Origin: Calditrichia bacterium
Lineage (GTDB): Bacteria; Calditrichota; Calditrichia; JAJRVZ01
Direction: 5' to 3'
DNA: 64,000 nucleotides
Assembly: GCA_963712885.1 (NCBI GenBank)
Contig: CAVQJT010000026.1
Span: 32,858-96,857, forward strand
The position numbers and the translations under genes were made by a program. The notes beneath the pieces were generated by a model. That model did not search any database and had not been told where the DNA came from. It saw only the letters and a list, made by a program, of their open reading frames with translations. Shown here piece by piece: positions 32,951 through 43,630 of the stretch (positions are counted from its first letter, which is position 1; every line of letters begins with the position of its first letter).

Positions 32951-33106
32951 GAGAAAGTCGATCCGTTTAGAATTGTCGGGAATTTTATCTATCGACATAA
33001 ATCTTTGATCTATGACTAGGATAAAATTATTATTTATGGATCGTTGAAACTTTTCCAGCACCAAATTTGCGATTATCATCGAAAAACATATCACCATGAG
33101 GAGAAG

Positions 33107-33577
33107 ATGATGAAAATATTATGGGCTCTTATACTTATACCGATCATATTTGCTTGCCAACCTGCAGTCGATATTGAACAGGAAATTGAAAATTTGATGG
33201 AGGCCGATCGCAATTTTGCCCGGATGGCCTTGGAAATAGGTACCGCAGAAGCGTTTCGTAATTATTTTGAACCGGAGGGGGTTCAGTTTCCCAATGGGCT
33301 CTACCCGATAAAGGGAAGGGAGGCCGTTTATCAATCTCTGCTGGAAGTACCGGACAGCTATGTGCTGCGTTGGGAACCTGAACTGGCCGAAGTTTCCGCA
33401 GCAGGTGATTTTGGATGGACCTGGGGCTATTATACCTCATCATATACCGATTCCAGTGATACGGAGATTAAAAACTATGGCAAATATCTGACGGTCTGGC
33501 GCAAGCAACCGGATGGTTCCTGGCGGGTCAGAGCGGATACCGGTAACAAGAATCCGGGTCCGAAAACGGAGGAGTAA
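33107..33577 (+). CDS. DUF4440/NTF2-like lipoprotein
   Basis: Lipobox IIFAC; ADRNF, WEP...VS.AGDFGWTWG, GKYLTVWRKQPDGSWR; RBS GAGGAG. Confidence 0.85.
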   Translation: MMKILWALILIPIIFACQPAVDIEQEIENLMEADRNFARMALEIGTAEAFRNYFEPEGVQFPNGLYPIKGREAVYQSLLEVPDSYVLRWEPELAEVSAAGDFGWTWGYYTSSYTDSSDTEIKNYGKYLTVWRKQPDGSWRVRADTGNKNPGPKTEE

Positions 33578-33579
33578 TC

Positions 33580-34578
33580 ATGGAACCGGTCAAGCTGGCC
33601 ATCATTGGATGCGGTATAGCGGCCCGTGATCTTCATTATCCGGCGCTGATCTCTCTGCGCAATAAATTTGAAATCATCATGGTATGTAATCATACCGAAG
33701 ACAAAGCCCGCGATTTTGCAAAAATGGTCGGCGGCGTACCCTGGGTGCGTGATTATCATGAAGTATTAGCAAATTCCGCTGTTGATGCGGTTGATATTGC
33801 CCTCCCCATCGATCTTAACTATGAGGTCTGCCGTGCCGCGATCGAAGCAGGAAAACATGTGATTCTGGAAAAGCCGCTGGCGGCAAATCTGGACCAGGCG
33901 CAGGCATTGGTTGATCTCGCCGAGCGGCATAACGGTGTATACCTTTTAGCCGAAAATTTCCGATATCGGCCAGGATTACAAGGTATTAAAGATCTTCTCA
34001 TGGATGGGCACATCGGACGCCCCTATGCTTTAATCTGGAATTATCACGGTCTGCTGGAAAAAACGAACAAATATGCCAGGACCAAATGGCGGATCAAACA
34101 TCACTATGAGGGGGGATTTATTACCGATGGGGGTGTTCACAATATTGCGGGAATCCGGTTTCTGGCAGGGAATATCATAAAATACCAGGCGATGGCCAGA
34201 CAGATCAATCCGGCTATCGGCGAAATGGATACTTTCAGTATGCATTTCGATACCGATCAGGGCATAAGCGGGACATTAAATCTATTCCAAAGCAGTAACG
34301 GGTATTATGAAAACAAGGTTTTGCTTCTGGGTACCGATGGGGCCCTCAAGCTTGAGGACGGAATCCTGACCCTTCATCATAAAGATCAGGTGATCGAAAA
34401 GATCACCTTTGAGGAAGATAAAGGTTATACCGAGGAATTCGAGGATTTTTATCAAGCTGTTCAAACGGGTTCCAAAGTGATCAGTGATTTCAAGGAGGGA
34501 TACAAGGACCTTGAAATTATGCTGGGTGCGGTGTCCCATGCCCAAAAATGGCGGTTCAATTTTAGTAAGAACACCTAA
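33580..34578 (+). CDS. Gfo/Idh/MocA family oxidoreductase
   Basis: AIIGCG, GKHVILEKPLA, AENFRY, GGFITDGGVH. Confidence 0.92.
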   Translation: MEPVKLAIIGCGIAARDLHYPALISLRNKFEIIMVCNHTEDKARDFAKMVGGVPWVRDYHEVLANSAVDAVDIALPIDLNYEVCRAAIEAGKHVILEKPLAANLDQAQALVDLAERHNGVYLLAENFRYRPGLQGIKDLLMDGHIGRPYALIWNYHGLLEKTNKYARTKWRIKHHYEGGFITDGGVHNIAGIRFLAGNIIKYQAMARQINPAIGEMDTFSMHFDTDQGISGTLNLFQSSNGYYENKVLLLGTDGALKLEDGILTLHHKDQVIEKITFEEDKGYTEEFEDFYQAVQTGSKVISDFKEGYKDLEIMLGAVSHAQKWRFNFSKNT

Positions 34579-34595
34579 CTTGAGAAAAATCTATT

Positions 34596-34762
34596 TCACG
34601 AAGGATGCACGGATAACCGCAAAGACCTTCCAGGGCTTTTTCCGACTGGATTACGGGATTTCCAGGATAGTAAAAAAAAATGTACCGGACATATCATGAC
34701 TCTCCTGTGACCCTGTCTGATAATCCTGGAATCCTTTTTTTCTGATTGGGGGATCTTCGTGA
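34596..34762. repeat. Nested inverted-repeat intergenic element
   Basis: Outer TCACGAAG (34596-34603) / CTTCGTGA (34755-34762); inner GGATTTCCAGGAT (34656-34668) / ATCCTGGAATCC (34723-34734). Confidence 0.6.
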
Positions 34763-34837
34763 TAAAAGCTTGTTTAAAAAATTTAAATAGGTTCTTTAAT
34801 CCAATTCTATAACCAGTAACAATATTAGGAGGGACAG

Positions 34838-35362
34838 ATGAATGTATTTTTAGATCGAATCAAGCGTGCTGCTTTGCTGAAAGTAGATCTATATGAGGAG
34901 GTGGAAGCCGATGAGGGGGCACTATATCAGGCCATGGGGGTTGTTATTCTCTCAAGTATTGCCGGTGGAATTGGCAGCGTGTATCAATTTGGATTTTCCG
35001 GGATTCTTCTCGGTGCACTGTCAGCATTGATTGCATGGTTTGTATGGGCCTATACGGTATACTTCATTGGCACAAAGTTTCTGCCGGAGCCACAAACCCA
35101 GGCAACCCCGGGTCAGTTGTTACGGACTCTGGGATTTGCCAGTGCACCAGGTTTGATAAGGGTGATCGGTATCATCCAGGGGTTGGGTAATATCATTGCG
35201 ATAATTGCGTCCATATGGATGCTGATCGCAATGGTGATCGCGGTCCGGCAGGCGCTTGATTATAAGAGTACGGTGCGGGCGGTTGTTGTCTGCCTTATCG
35301 GCTGGATTTTATACTGGCTGGTGGCGATGATCATATTTGCCATTTTCGGTCAACCAATGTGA
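34838..35362 (+). CDS. YIP1-family membrane protein
   Basis: YEEVEAD, LLRTLGFASAPG, AVRQALDY; about 5 TM segments; RBS AGGAGG. Confidence 0.85.
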   Translation: MNVFLDRIKRAALLKVDLYEEVEADEGALYQAMGVVILSSIAGGIGSVYQFGFSGILLGALSALIAWFVWAYTVYFIGTKFLPEPQTQATPGQLLRTLGFASAPGLIRVIGIIQGLGNIIAIIASIWMLIAMVIAVRQALDYKSTVRAVVVCLIGWILYWLVAMIIFAIFGQPM

Positions 35363-35501
35363 CCGTGATCCAAAATCCATAGTCCCCCGAACGGGGTTCT
35401 TAAGACAAAATCTGTTCGGGAAAAAAAAGGATCAAAAATTTGGCTTACTTTATCGCTTTGATACTTTGTCATTCTGTCGCTTCTTTTGTTAAGGGGATTA
35501 T

Positions 35502-36071
35502 ATGCTAAGAGAATTAATATTAAGGAGCCGGAGTTACCGGCGGTTTGATCAGAAACATAGGATTAAACTAAAAATATTGGAAAATCTGGTTGATCTGGCA
35601 CGTTTATCCCCATCTGGTGCCAATATGCAACCATTGAAATACATCCTCTCGGCTGATACCAGGAAAAATGCCGGGATTTTTAAACATCTTGGATGGGCCG
35701 GATATCTTACGAACTGGCCGGGGCCTGCAGAAGGGGAGCGTCCTACGGGCTATATCATCATCTTACTGGATACCGATGTTCAAAAGAAGATCGATTGTGA
35801 TCACGGTATCGCGGCTCAAAGCATATTGCTCGGTGCTGCAGAGCAGGGTCTGGGAGGATGTATTATCGGTTCGGTTCAGAGGGAAAAATTGCGTGCGGAA
35901 CTGGGTTTTCCGGCAAAATATGAGATATTGCTGGTTATTGCCCTGGGAAAGCCGGCAGAGAACATAATTCTCGATAAAATAACCGAGCCTGGCAACATCC
36001 GTTACTGGCGGGATGAAGAGGGGTGCCATCATGTTCCCAAACGCGATCTGCAGGATATAATTTTAAAGTAG
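35502..36071 (+). CDS. Nitroreductase family protein
   Basis: RSYRRF, SPSGANMQP, DHGIAAQ..LL.A...GLGGC, VPKR. Confidence 0.92.
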   Translation: MLRELILRSRSYRRFDQKHRIKLKILENLVDLARLSPSGANMQPLKYILSADTRKNAGIFKHLGWAGYLTNWPGPAEGERPTGYIIILLDTDVQKKIDCDHGIAAQSILLGAAEQGLGGCIIGSVQREKLRAELGFPAKYEILLVIALGKPAENIILDKITEPGNIRYWRDEEGCHHVPKRDLQDIILK

Positions 36072-36304
36072 ATTTCTCACAGCAAATAAAATGATCGGAA
36101 CCCTTGATTGGGGCAGGGTGTTATGACAACCGATATCACAGTATGAACCGCCGAAAAAAGCAACAGCGGGTTCACCTAATTTGTTCCCCCTATGTTAAAT
36201 ACTGATTTTAGGTGCAATTGATGAGATTTGTAAAAGTTACCTTTGTCCTGCTAAAGATTGGTTGATAAATTTGAATCCTGTAATATTATCGCCGGTAAAT
36301 TGAG

Positions 36305-37549
36305 GTGAAACCGATGCGTTATCTGATTATGCCGATTTTTATTCTCTTGGCTCTTGGCCCGTTCACTATTCTGCAGGGTCAGATGATGTCCGACAGCCTT
36401 GAGATCAAGCTGGTTACGATCGAGCCCGGAGATGAAGTGCCCATGTGGTGGGGGCATACCGGTCTGATTGTCGAAGATTTGACCACCGGGCAGTCTCTCT
36501 TCTACAATTACGGTCTGTTTTCCTTTGAACAGGATAATTTTTTTACCAATTTCGCCCGGGGCCGGTTGATTTTCTGGGTCGGGGTGTGGCAGACCGAACT
36601 GGCTTTGCGTTTTTATAAATCGCAAAACCGCACCATCCGCATTCAGGTAATTAATCTCCCGCAAAATCTCAAACTGGAAATGGCTACATTTCTTGCAAAT
36701 AACGTATTGCCGGAAAACAGAGAATACCTGTATGACCATTATTACGATAACTGTTCAACACGGATCCGGGACATTTTCGACCGGTTAACCGAGGGTCAGT
36801 TTAAAAAATTCACGGCTAATGCTTCCCGATTTACCTTACGGGAACTAACCCGCCGGTTTACCCACCGGGGTTTCTTTATGGACTGGCTGCTCATGTTTCT
36901 CATGAACGACACCATCGATCAGCCTATAAGGCAATGGGATGATATGTTTCTCCCTACCGAACTGGAAAAATATATTGGCCTATTTTCTTATACGGATACC
37001 CAGGGCCATATCCAAAAAATGGTTAAAGAGACAATGCCATATTATGTGGCCAAGGATGTTTATCGGATTCCCGATGAGCCGCCGGTCCACTGGCCAAAAG
37101 GGCTCATACTGGGCACAATGACAGGAATCATAGGCATCGGCATGGCGATCGGTTTCGCAAAACAAAAAAAAGCAGCTGCACGCATTTATGGCTTCTATTA
37201 TCTCCTGCTGGGAATCTGGTTTGGTATTCCGGGAACGGTTTTATTTTTTATGGCTCTGTTAACCGATCATAACGTCACCTACTACAATGAAAATCTCTTT
37301 CTGGCCAATCCGCTGACATTTCTGCTTATCCCGCTGGGTATCGGCTTGATGATCAACCGGCCGTGGGCATTACGTTTTACTCCAAAAATCATCTACCTGC
37401 TAACTGTTTTAGCGTTGATCTTGTTGCCGCTCAAATTTGTGCCATCCTTTGATCAGGCCAATATTCTTTCAATTATGCTGATTTTACCTGTGTGGCTGTT
37501 AAATAGTCTCTCATGGTGGCAGGTTATCAAAAATCGTCCGATCGAATGA
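36305..37549 (+). CDS. DUF4105 / Lnb-like membrane protein (putative lipoprotein N-acyltransferase)
   Basis: Signal peptide; WGH, YNYG.F.F, YLYDHYYDNCSTR, MFLP; C-terminal TM bundle with TDH and NENL. Confidence 0.75.
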   Translation: MKPMRYLIMPIFILLALGPFTILQGQMMSDSLEIKLVTIEPGDEVPMWWGHTGLIVEDLTTGQSLFYNYGLFSFEQDNFFTNFARGRLIFWVGVWQTELALRFYKSQNRTIRIQVINLPQNLKLEMATFLANNVLPENREYLYDHYYDNCSTRIRDIFDRLTEGQFKKFTANASRFTLRELTRRFTHRGFFMDWLLMFLMNDTIDQPIRQWDDMFLPTELEKYIGLFSYTDTQGHIQKMVKETMPYYVAKDVYRIPDEPPVHWPKGLILGTMTGIIGIGMAIGFAKQKKAAARIYGFYYLLLGIWFGIPGTVLFFMALLTDHNVTYYNENLFLANPLTFLLIPLGIGLMINRPWALRFTPKIIYLLTVLALILLPLKFVPSFDQANILSIMLILPVWLLNSLSWWQVIKNRPIE

Positions 37550-38853
37550 ACCGGCAGATCCTCCGGTTGGCCATCCCCAATATTATCAGCAATCTGACAG
37601 TCCCACTGCTCAGTTCGGTTGATACTGCTTTAGTGGGTCATCTGGAGAATGTTGCCTACCTGGGTGCTATCGCGGTTGGCGGCATGATCTTTAACTTTAT
37701 TTATTGGGGTTTCGGGTTTTTACGGATGGGAACCACTGGCCTGACTGCCCAGGCATTCGGAAAAGATGATGAAGAAACCTCTCTGCTGATTCTGGCGCGG
37801 GCGATCGCTGTCGCCCTGGGCTTCAGTTTTATGCTGATTATTCTTCAGAAACCAATTGCTCTTATGAGTTTTGCATTGCTGGATGCTACAGATGAGGTTG
37901 AAAATTTTGCCCATCTCTATTTTTCAACACGCATTTTTGCCGCACCGGCCACCCTTGGTCTTTATGCCTTCACCGGATGGTTCCTTGGGATGCAAAATGC
38001 GAAGTATCCGTTAATACTAGCGGTAATCACAAATTTGCTCAATGTATTTTTTAACATCCTTTTTATCCGGGTGTACGATATGCATGTGGACGGTGTGGCG
38101 CTCGGAACGGTCTGTGCTAATTATCTGGGATTGGTTGCAGCTGTTCTACTCTTCATGCGTCGCTACCGCAGGCGCATCATCTGGTTCAACTGGCACCGGG
38201 TGTTTCAAACTGAGGCACTTAAAAAGTTCTTTACCCTGAATTTTGATATCTTTATCCGCACTCTGATCCTGATCTTTGCCTTCGCTTTTTTTACGGCCCG
38301 ATCCGCATCTTCCGGTGAACTGATCCTGGCAGCAAACGCTATTCTGATAAATTTATGGACGATTATGTCATATGGGATTGATGGTTTCGCATTCGCGGCC
38401 GAGAGCCTGATCGGTCGGTTTGTCGGTGCCAATGACCGGCGGCAGCTGAAACTCGCCGTGCGCCGTGTCTTCTTGTGGGGAACAGGATTGGGATTGTTGT
38501 TCACCATCTTATTTTTTCTCTTTGATATGCATATTTTGCGGATATTCACCGATAAACCGGATGTCGTCCATTTGGCGCTAATGATGATGCCCTGGACCAT
38601 TGCGGCACCGGTGATTAATAGTTTCTGTTATATCTGGGATGGTATTTTTATCGGAGCCACCGCGACCAAGGCGATGCGTAATTCCATGATCATTTGTCTG
38701 CTTATATTCTATCTGCCGGTGTATTATCTTTTGCTTCCTTTTTTTGGTCATCATACGCTTTGGCTGGCGCTTATCGTCTTTATGTTTGCCCGTGGCGTAT
38801 CGCTGGGATTATTTTATCCTTCGCAGGTCCTGGCATTGACAACTTGCCAATAA
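37546..38853 (+). CDS. MATE efflux transporter, DinF subfamily
   Basis: PNIISNLTVPLLS.VDTA.VGHL, FLRMGTTG..AQA, DGFAFAAE, DGIFIG. Confidence 0.93.
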   Translation: MNRQILRLAIPNIISNLTVPLLSSVDTALVGHLENVAYLGAIAVGGMIFNFIYWGFGFLRMGTTGLTAQAFGKDDEETSLLILARAIAVALGFSFMLIILQKPIALMSFALLDATDEVENFAHLYFSTRIFAAPATLGLYAFTGWFLGMQNAKYPLILAVITNLLNVFFNILFIRVYDMHVDGVALGTVCANYLGLVAAVLLFMRRYRRRIIWFNWHRVFQTEALKKFFTLNFDIFIRTLILIFAFAFFTARSASSGELILAANAILINLWTIMSYGIDGFAFAAESLIGRFVGANDRRQLKLAVRRVFLWGTGLGLLFTILFFLFDMHILRIFTDKPDVVHLALMMMPWTIAAPVINSFCYIWDGIFIGATATKAMRNSMIICLLIFYLPVYYLLLPFFGHHTLWLALIVFMFARGVSLGLFYPSQVLALTTCQ

Positions 38854-38922
38854 AGGTTAAAGATTTGTAAATTATATGTTTGTCATTAAGAAGAGATAAA
38901 CCGTAACCAGACGGGAGGCCGG

Positions 38923-39129
38923 ATGATCAGAAATGTACGTATTGAAGACGCAGCAGAAGCGCTGCAAGAACTGATTCAGTTTGTTCAGCAGGGTAATGAG
39001 GTTATATTGATGGATACAGGACGGGCGGTTGCCAAACTGATTGCACATGAAGAAGAAAAACCAAAATCGGAAACCGATCAAAATGCAGAGGACAAATGGA
39101 CCACAGATGATTTTAATTTATCGGTATAA
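38923..39129 (+). CDS. Phd/YefM-type antitoxin-like small protein
   Basis: V.IEDA...L.ELI..V..G.EVI....G.AVAKL pattern, acidic tail ending DDF; RBS GGGAGG. Confidence 0.7.
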   Translation: MIRNVRIEDAAEALQELIQFVQQGNEVILMDTGRAVAKLIAHEEEKPKSETDQNAEDKWTTDDFNLSV

Positions 39130-39150
39130 TGTGATTGAATGTATCCAATG

Positions 39151-39354
39151 ACCACAGGGAACACAGAGCTAAAATAGTTGAAATTATGTTAATCTGAACC
39201 ATTCACGAATGGGAACATAAAGATCGAGAAAACCGTGACATCAGATTAAATTGCAGTTATACTAACACTAAATCCAAATATGATTAGATTAATCGGTTCA
39301 AGTATTTACTGACCCTTGGGATATCAGGTATTTAAACTCTGCGCTCTTTATGGT
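39151..39354. repeat. Inverted-repeat-bounded element, nonamer family
   Basis: ACCACAGGGAACACAGAG (39151-39168) and CTCTGCGCTCTTTATGGT (39337-39354), 13/18 complementary. Confidence 0.6.
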
Positions 39355-39472
39355 TTATGGATGAGCCGGATTTGACAAGTTGTATGGGAAGTATAAGGTC
39401 TTTGTGAGCTCTGAAGTTTATAAGAATTTAAAATTTAAATAAGAAAGTTTATTATAGGAGGTTTTTAGCGCA

Positions 39473-41368
39473 ATGGGATCGAAGTCACATAAATATAAAT
39501 TTAAGGCGGAAGTAAAGCAATTACTCGATATCTTGGCACATTCGCTTTATACCAATCGGGAAATTTTTCTGCGTGAACTGATTTCTAATGCATCTGATGC
39601 ACTGGAAAAGCTGCACTTTGAAAAACTTCGGGGCACGGAAGTCGTCGACACAAAACTTCCCCTCGAAATTATAATCGATCTTGATACCGATAAAAGAATT
39701 CTGACCGTGAGTGATACCGGTATCGGTATGACGGAGAAGGAGTTGATCAATAATATCGGGACGATTGCCAAATCCGGGTCGGCTGACTTTCTGAAAAAAG
39801 TTTCAGGCTCAAAGGAAGATCCGGGTAATATCATCGGTAAGTTTGGGGTCGGTTTTTACTCAGTTTTTATGGTGGCGGATGAAGTCGTTATTACATCCCG
39901 GTCATTCGAAAAAACCGCGCCGGCCGTTCGCTGGCGTTCACAGGGCCTGGGTACTTTTGAAATAGAACCGGTCAGCGACAAGGTCAAACGCGGAACAAGC
40001 ATAGAAATCCATTTAAAAGAAGATGCAGCCGATTATGTCCAGAAATGGAAAATCGAATCGGTGATAAAAAAACACTCGAATTTTGTACCGTTTCCGATCA
40101 AGATCGATAAGGAGCAGGCCAATAATGTCCGGGCTATATGGCGGGAACCGAAATTTCAGCTGAAAGAAAAAGATTATGAGGAATTCTATAAATTTTTAAC
40201 GTATGATTCTGAGCCTCCTCTGGATACGCTGCATATATCAATAGATGCACCGGTGCAATACAACAGTCTGATGTTTATTCCGACAAAAAATTTTGAAATG
40301 GCAGATTTTGGAAAAAGTGATCACGGTCTCGATCTGTATGTAAAACGTGTACTTATTCAGCATGAGAATAAAGATCTGCTGCCGGAATATCTGCGTTTTA
40401 TACGCGGTGTGGTTGATTCGGAAGATGTCCCTCTGAATATCTCCCGCGAAACTTTGCAGGAAAATCCGGTGATCGGTAAGATTAAACATAATCTGGTCAT
40501 TCAGGTATTGAACCATCTCGGTAAAATCGCCAAAGATGATTCGGAAAAATATGCAAAATTTTGGAAAGAATTCGGCCGACAGTTCAAACTTGGATACATG
40601 GACTACAGCAACCAGGAAAAATTTTCCGATCTGCTGCGGTTTAATTCTTCGGCCGTGGAGAAAGCAGAGGATCTTACCTCATTAGGCGCATATACAACCA
40701 GGGCAAAACCGGATCAGAAGGAAATTTACTATCTGTTTGCCGCCAGCCGTGATGCCGTTATGTCAAATCCGCACCTGGAAATTTTCAAACGTAAAGGATT
40801 GGAGGTACTTTATCTGTTCGATCCGATCGATGAATTTGTCATGGAAGGGCTGCGCAAGTACAAAGAATTCGATATCAAATCGGTTGAACAGGCAGATTTG
40901 AATATCATCGACAAATTTACCGATCAGGAAGAACGCAAATCCGTTGAGGCACTTGATAATGAAGATGAAAAATCCTTCGATAAATTGCTGCGGCGAATGA
41001 AAGATGTCCTGGGCAACCGTGTAACCGATGTAAAAGAATCAAAACGACTTACCGATAGTCCGGCCTGTCTGATCAATCCCGATGGCAGCATGACCTCGAG
41101 TATGCAGAAAATCATGCGGGTCATGAATAAAGATACAAGTATCCCGGCTCGCTTGATGGAAATAAACCGTGATCATCCGCTGGTACGTAATCTGCTTAAA
41201 ATATATAAAAAAGATGTCAATGACGATCATCTGAAGCTGGTCACCGAACAACTCTATGAATCTGCCCTTCTGATGGATGGATATCTGGAAGACGTCCATG
41301 GAATGATTAACAGGATTGAAAATCTGTTGGAAAAATCGACTGAATGGTATCTGAATAAATCAGATTGA
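39473..41368 (+). CDS. htpG: Chaperone HtpG (Hsp90)
   Basis: SLYTNREIFLRELISNASDA, DTGIGM, IGKFGVGFYS, DSEDVPLNISRE. Confidence 0.98.
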   Translation: MGSKSHKYKFKAEVKQLLDILAHSLYTNREIFLRELISNASDALEKLHFEKLRGTEVVDTKLPLEIIIDLDTDKRILTVSDTGIGMTEKELINNIGTIAKSGSADFLKKVSGSKEDPGNIIGKFGVGFYSVFMVADEVVITSRSFEKTAPAVRWRSQGLGTFEIEPVSDKVKRGTSIEIHLKEDAADYVQKWKIESVIKKHSNFVPFPIKIDKEQANNVRAIWREPKFQLKEKDYEEFYKFLTYDSEPPLDTLHISIDAPVQYNSLMFIPTKNFEMADFGKSDHGLDLYVKRVLIQHENKDLLPEYLRFIRGVVDSEDVPLNISRETLQENPVIGKIKHNLVIQVLNHLGKIAKDDSEKYAKFWKEFGRQFKLGYMDYSNQEKFSDLLRFNSSAVEKAEDLTSLGAYTTRAKPDQKEIYYLFAASRDAVMSNPHLEIFKRKGLEVLYLFDPIDEFVMEGLRKYKEFDIKSVEQADLNIIDKFTDQEERKSVEALDNEDEKSFDKLLRRMKDVLGNRVTDVKESKRLTDSPACLINPDGSMTSSMQKIMRVMNKDTSIPARLMEINRDHPLVRNLLKIYKKDVNDDHLKLVTEQLYESALLMDGYLEDVHGMINRIENLLEKSTEWYLNKSD

Positions 41369-41953
41369 TAAAGGGTGGATGAGTTCTTGATACAAATTTG
41401 GAATGACGCGGTCGCGGTGTACAACATTCTGTCCCTTCTTCATTGAAATTACCCTCTGCGTGGGCAAAATAATTGCAGATTTAAGCCAGGTCAGAGCGTC
41501 TTCGGGTTGATAAAACACAAAACCGTCTACGACGCGCAGGCCGAACTGCTGCATCCAGAGTTTCATCTGAATCCAATGGTGCTCACCGGTATGGTGAGCT
41601 GCAAGACGTACAGAAGGTCCGAGTAGTTTGCGTAACCAGCGATAGTGCAGCGGCAAACCGAGTGAAAAAGCATGAATGACATCGGGATTCAATTCTTTAA
41701 CCAGAGAAAATATCTCCTCCGGACGTTGATGCCATCGTAAAATCGGTGGAAACTCATCCTTTCTTAGATATAGATTTATATCTTTAATCCGATGATCCGC
41801 TGTCTTACCTGCACGACAGACCATATTGATTTTTTCTATTCCCCACACCAACGGATCAACGCCACTTAAAAGGTTATGCTGCAGATGGTTGTAAAACTGT
41901 TGAGGTTCCTCAAGGGCAGGATCAAAATTATAAATGACAAAAGTGACATTCAT
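41360..41953 (-). CDS. Hypothetical protein resembling an isolated GT-B glycosyltransferase N-terminal domain
   Basis: 197 aa; ELNPDVIHAFS...AAHHTGE...VDGFVF pattern; starts 1 nt after the pyk stop. Confidence 0.6.
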   Translation of the reverse strand: MNVTFVIYNFDPALEEPQQFYNHLQHNLLSGVDPLVWGIEKINMVCRAGKTADHRIKDINLYLRKDEFPPILRWHQRPEEIFSLVKELNPDVIHAFSLGLPLHYRWLRKLLGPSVRLAAHHTGEHHWIQMKLWMQQFGLRVVDGFVFYQPEDALTWLKSAIILPTQRVISMKKGQNVVHRDRVIPNLYQELIHPLSI

Positions 41954-41954
41954 T

Positions 41955-43375
41955 TCAAATCTCTTCAATTCGCAGCATATTTGTGCCCCTGCGCAACGAG
42001 AATGGTACACCGGCAGTGATGATCACCCGATCGCCCTTTCGGACAACGCCTCTCTCTTCCAGCGTCTTTAATCCATCGGCAATCACTTCATCCAGATTAT
42101 CGCCAAACTCTCTGGTCGGGAAAGCCTGCACCCCCCATAACAGTGACATTCTGTAGAGACTTTTTTCGGTGTGGGTCAGTGCGATGATCGGATCCACCGG
42201 ACGGAAGCGCGAAATCATTTGGGCCGTTGAGCCGGATTGAGTCATACAGATAATCGTTCCACCCTGAATCAGATCGGCCGCATGGCAGGCACTATAACCG
42301 ATGGTCAAAGCCGTCTCGTTATCGATGCCACCCCGCTGCCTGCGCAGATCCCAGCGTGGTGTGCAGTCTTTTTCCGCCAACAGAATGATGCGATTCATCA
42401 CCTCCACCGCTTCGACCGGATAATGTCCACTGGCGGTTTCTGCCGATAACATCACGGCATCGGTTCCATCAAGAACCGCATTGGCAACATCCGATGCCTC
42501 CGCCCTTGTGGGTCTTGGATTATTGATCATCGATTCCAGCATCTGTGTGGCTGTGATGACCGGAATGCCTTTACGATTGCATAGTGAGATGATCCGTTTT
42601 TGGATTGGCGGAACCTCCTCGGCACTTAATTCCACACCCATATCTCCCCTGGCAACCATGATGCCATCTGTGATGTCAAGAATTTGTTCGATGGCGTTAA
42701 CCGCCTGAGGTTTTTCGATCTTGGCAATAACCGGCGTATCTTTACCGGCACCAGCGATGATTTCTTTGATCTTCCGGATATCATCGGGTTTTTGTACAAA
42801 TGATAGTGCGACAAAATCGACTTCATATTCCAGTCCAAAATGGAGATCGATCCTATCCTTTTCTGTCAACGCCTCAACCGACAAGATGCTGCCCGGCAGA
42901 TTCAGCCCCTTGTGATCGCTTAAAATGCCACCAAAAATAACCCGGCACTGCACATCGGTATCACTGATCTTTTCCACCTGCAATTTTATCAGGCCATCAT
43001 CGAGCAGGACAAAATCTCCTTGCTTGACATCCTTATGAAAGTGGGGATAGGATACGGCGGCAATTTTCTGTGTACCTTCGATATCCCTTGTCGTCAGTGT
43101 GAACGATTCATTTTCTTTAACTCAATACAGCCTGCTTTAAAATTTTTAACCCGGATCTTTGGACCCTGCAGATCCTGAAGAATACCAATTGATTTACCAA
43201 TATCCCTGGAAACTTTCCGAATCGTGTTTATCCGATTGGCGTGATCATCGTGCGTTCCGTGTGAAAAATTCAGACGTGCAACGTCCATTCCCGCCAGGGC
43301 GAGTTTCTTTATCCGATCATAATTACTGCTACTCGGACCCAGTGTGCAGACAATTTTTGCCCGTCTTGTTAACAT
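41955..43375 (-). CDS. pyk: Pyruvate kinase (frameshift ~43105)
   Basis: [56 protein letters not shown]. Confidence 0.97.
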
Positions 43376-43454
43376 GGCCTTCTCTCTCTTGCAGAAAATA
43401 TACCCGAAAAACCTACGAAGCGCCGGGACGAATAGCAATAGGGATCAGGAAATC

Positions 43455-43475
43455 AGTAGTTAGTAGTTAGTAGTT
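43455..43475 (+). repeat. Heptamer tandem array (AGTAGTT)x3
   Basis: Three exact units in the pyk/MATE divergent gap. Confidence 0.75.
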
Positions 43476-43630
43476 AAATATATGTAAATATATAAGTTAG
43501 TCAATTTATTACTTGACAGCAACCTGATCTATCAGCAACTTTGTCCTTTTTTACCCTTGCCCAAAAAACTATAAAACGGTATCAGATAAATGCGCAGGCA
43601 TTATATCCAAAATTTTTTTAATTTCCAGGT

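Noticed and set aside
36072-36304. Structured RNA between the nitroreductase and DUF4105 genes (TGAACCGC...GCGGGTTCA)
   Set aside because: Only one imperfect stem and no recognisable family motif.
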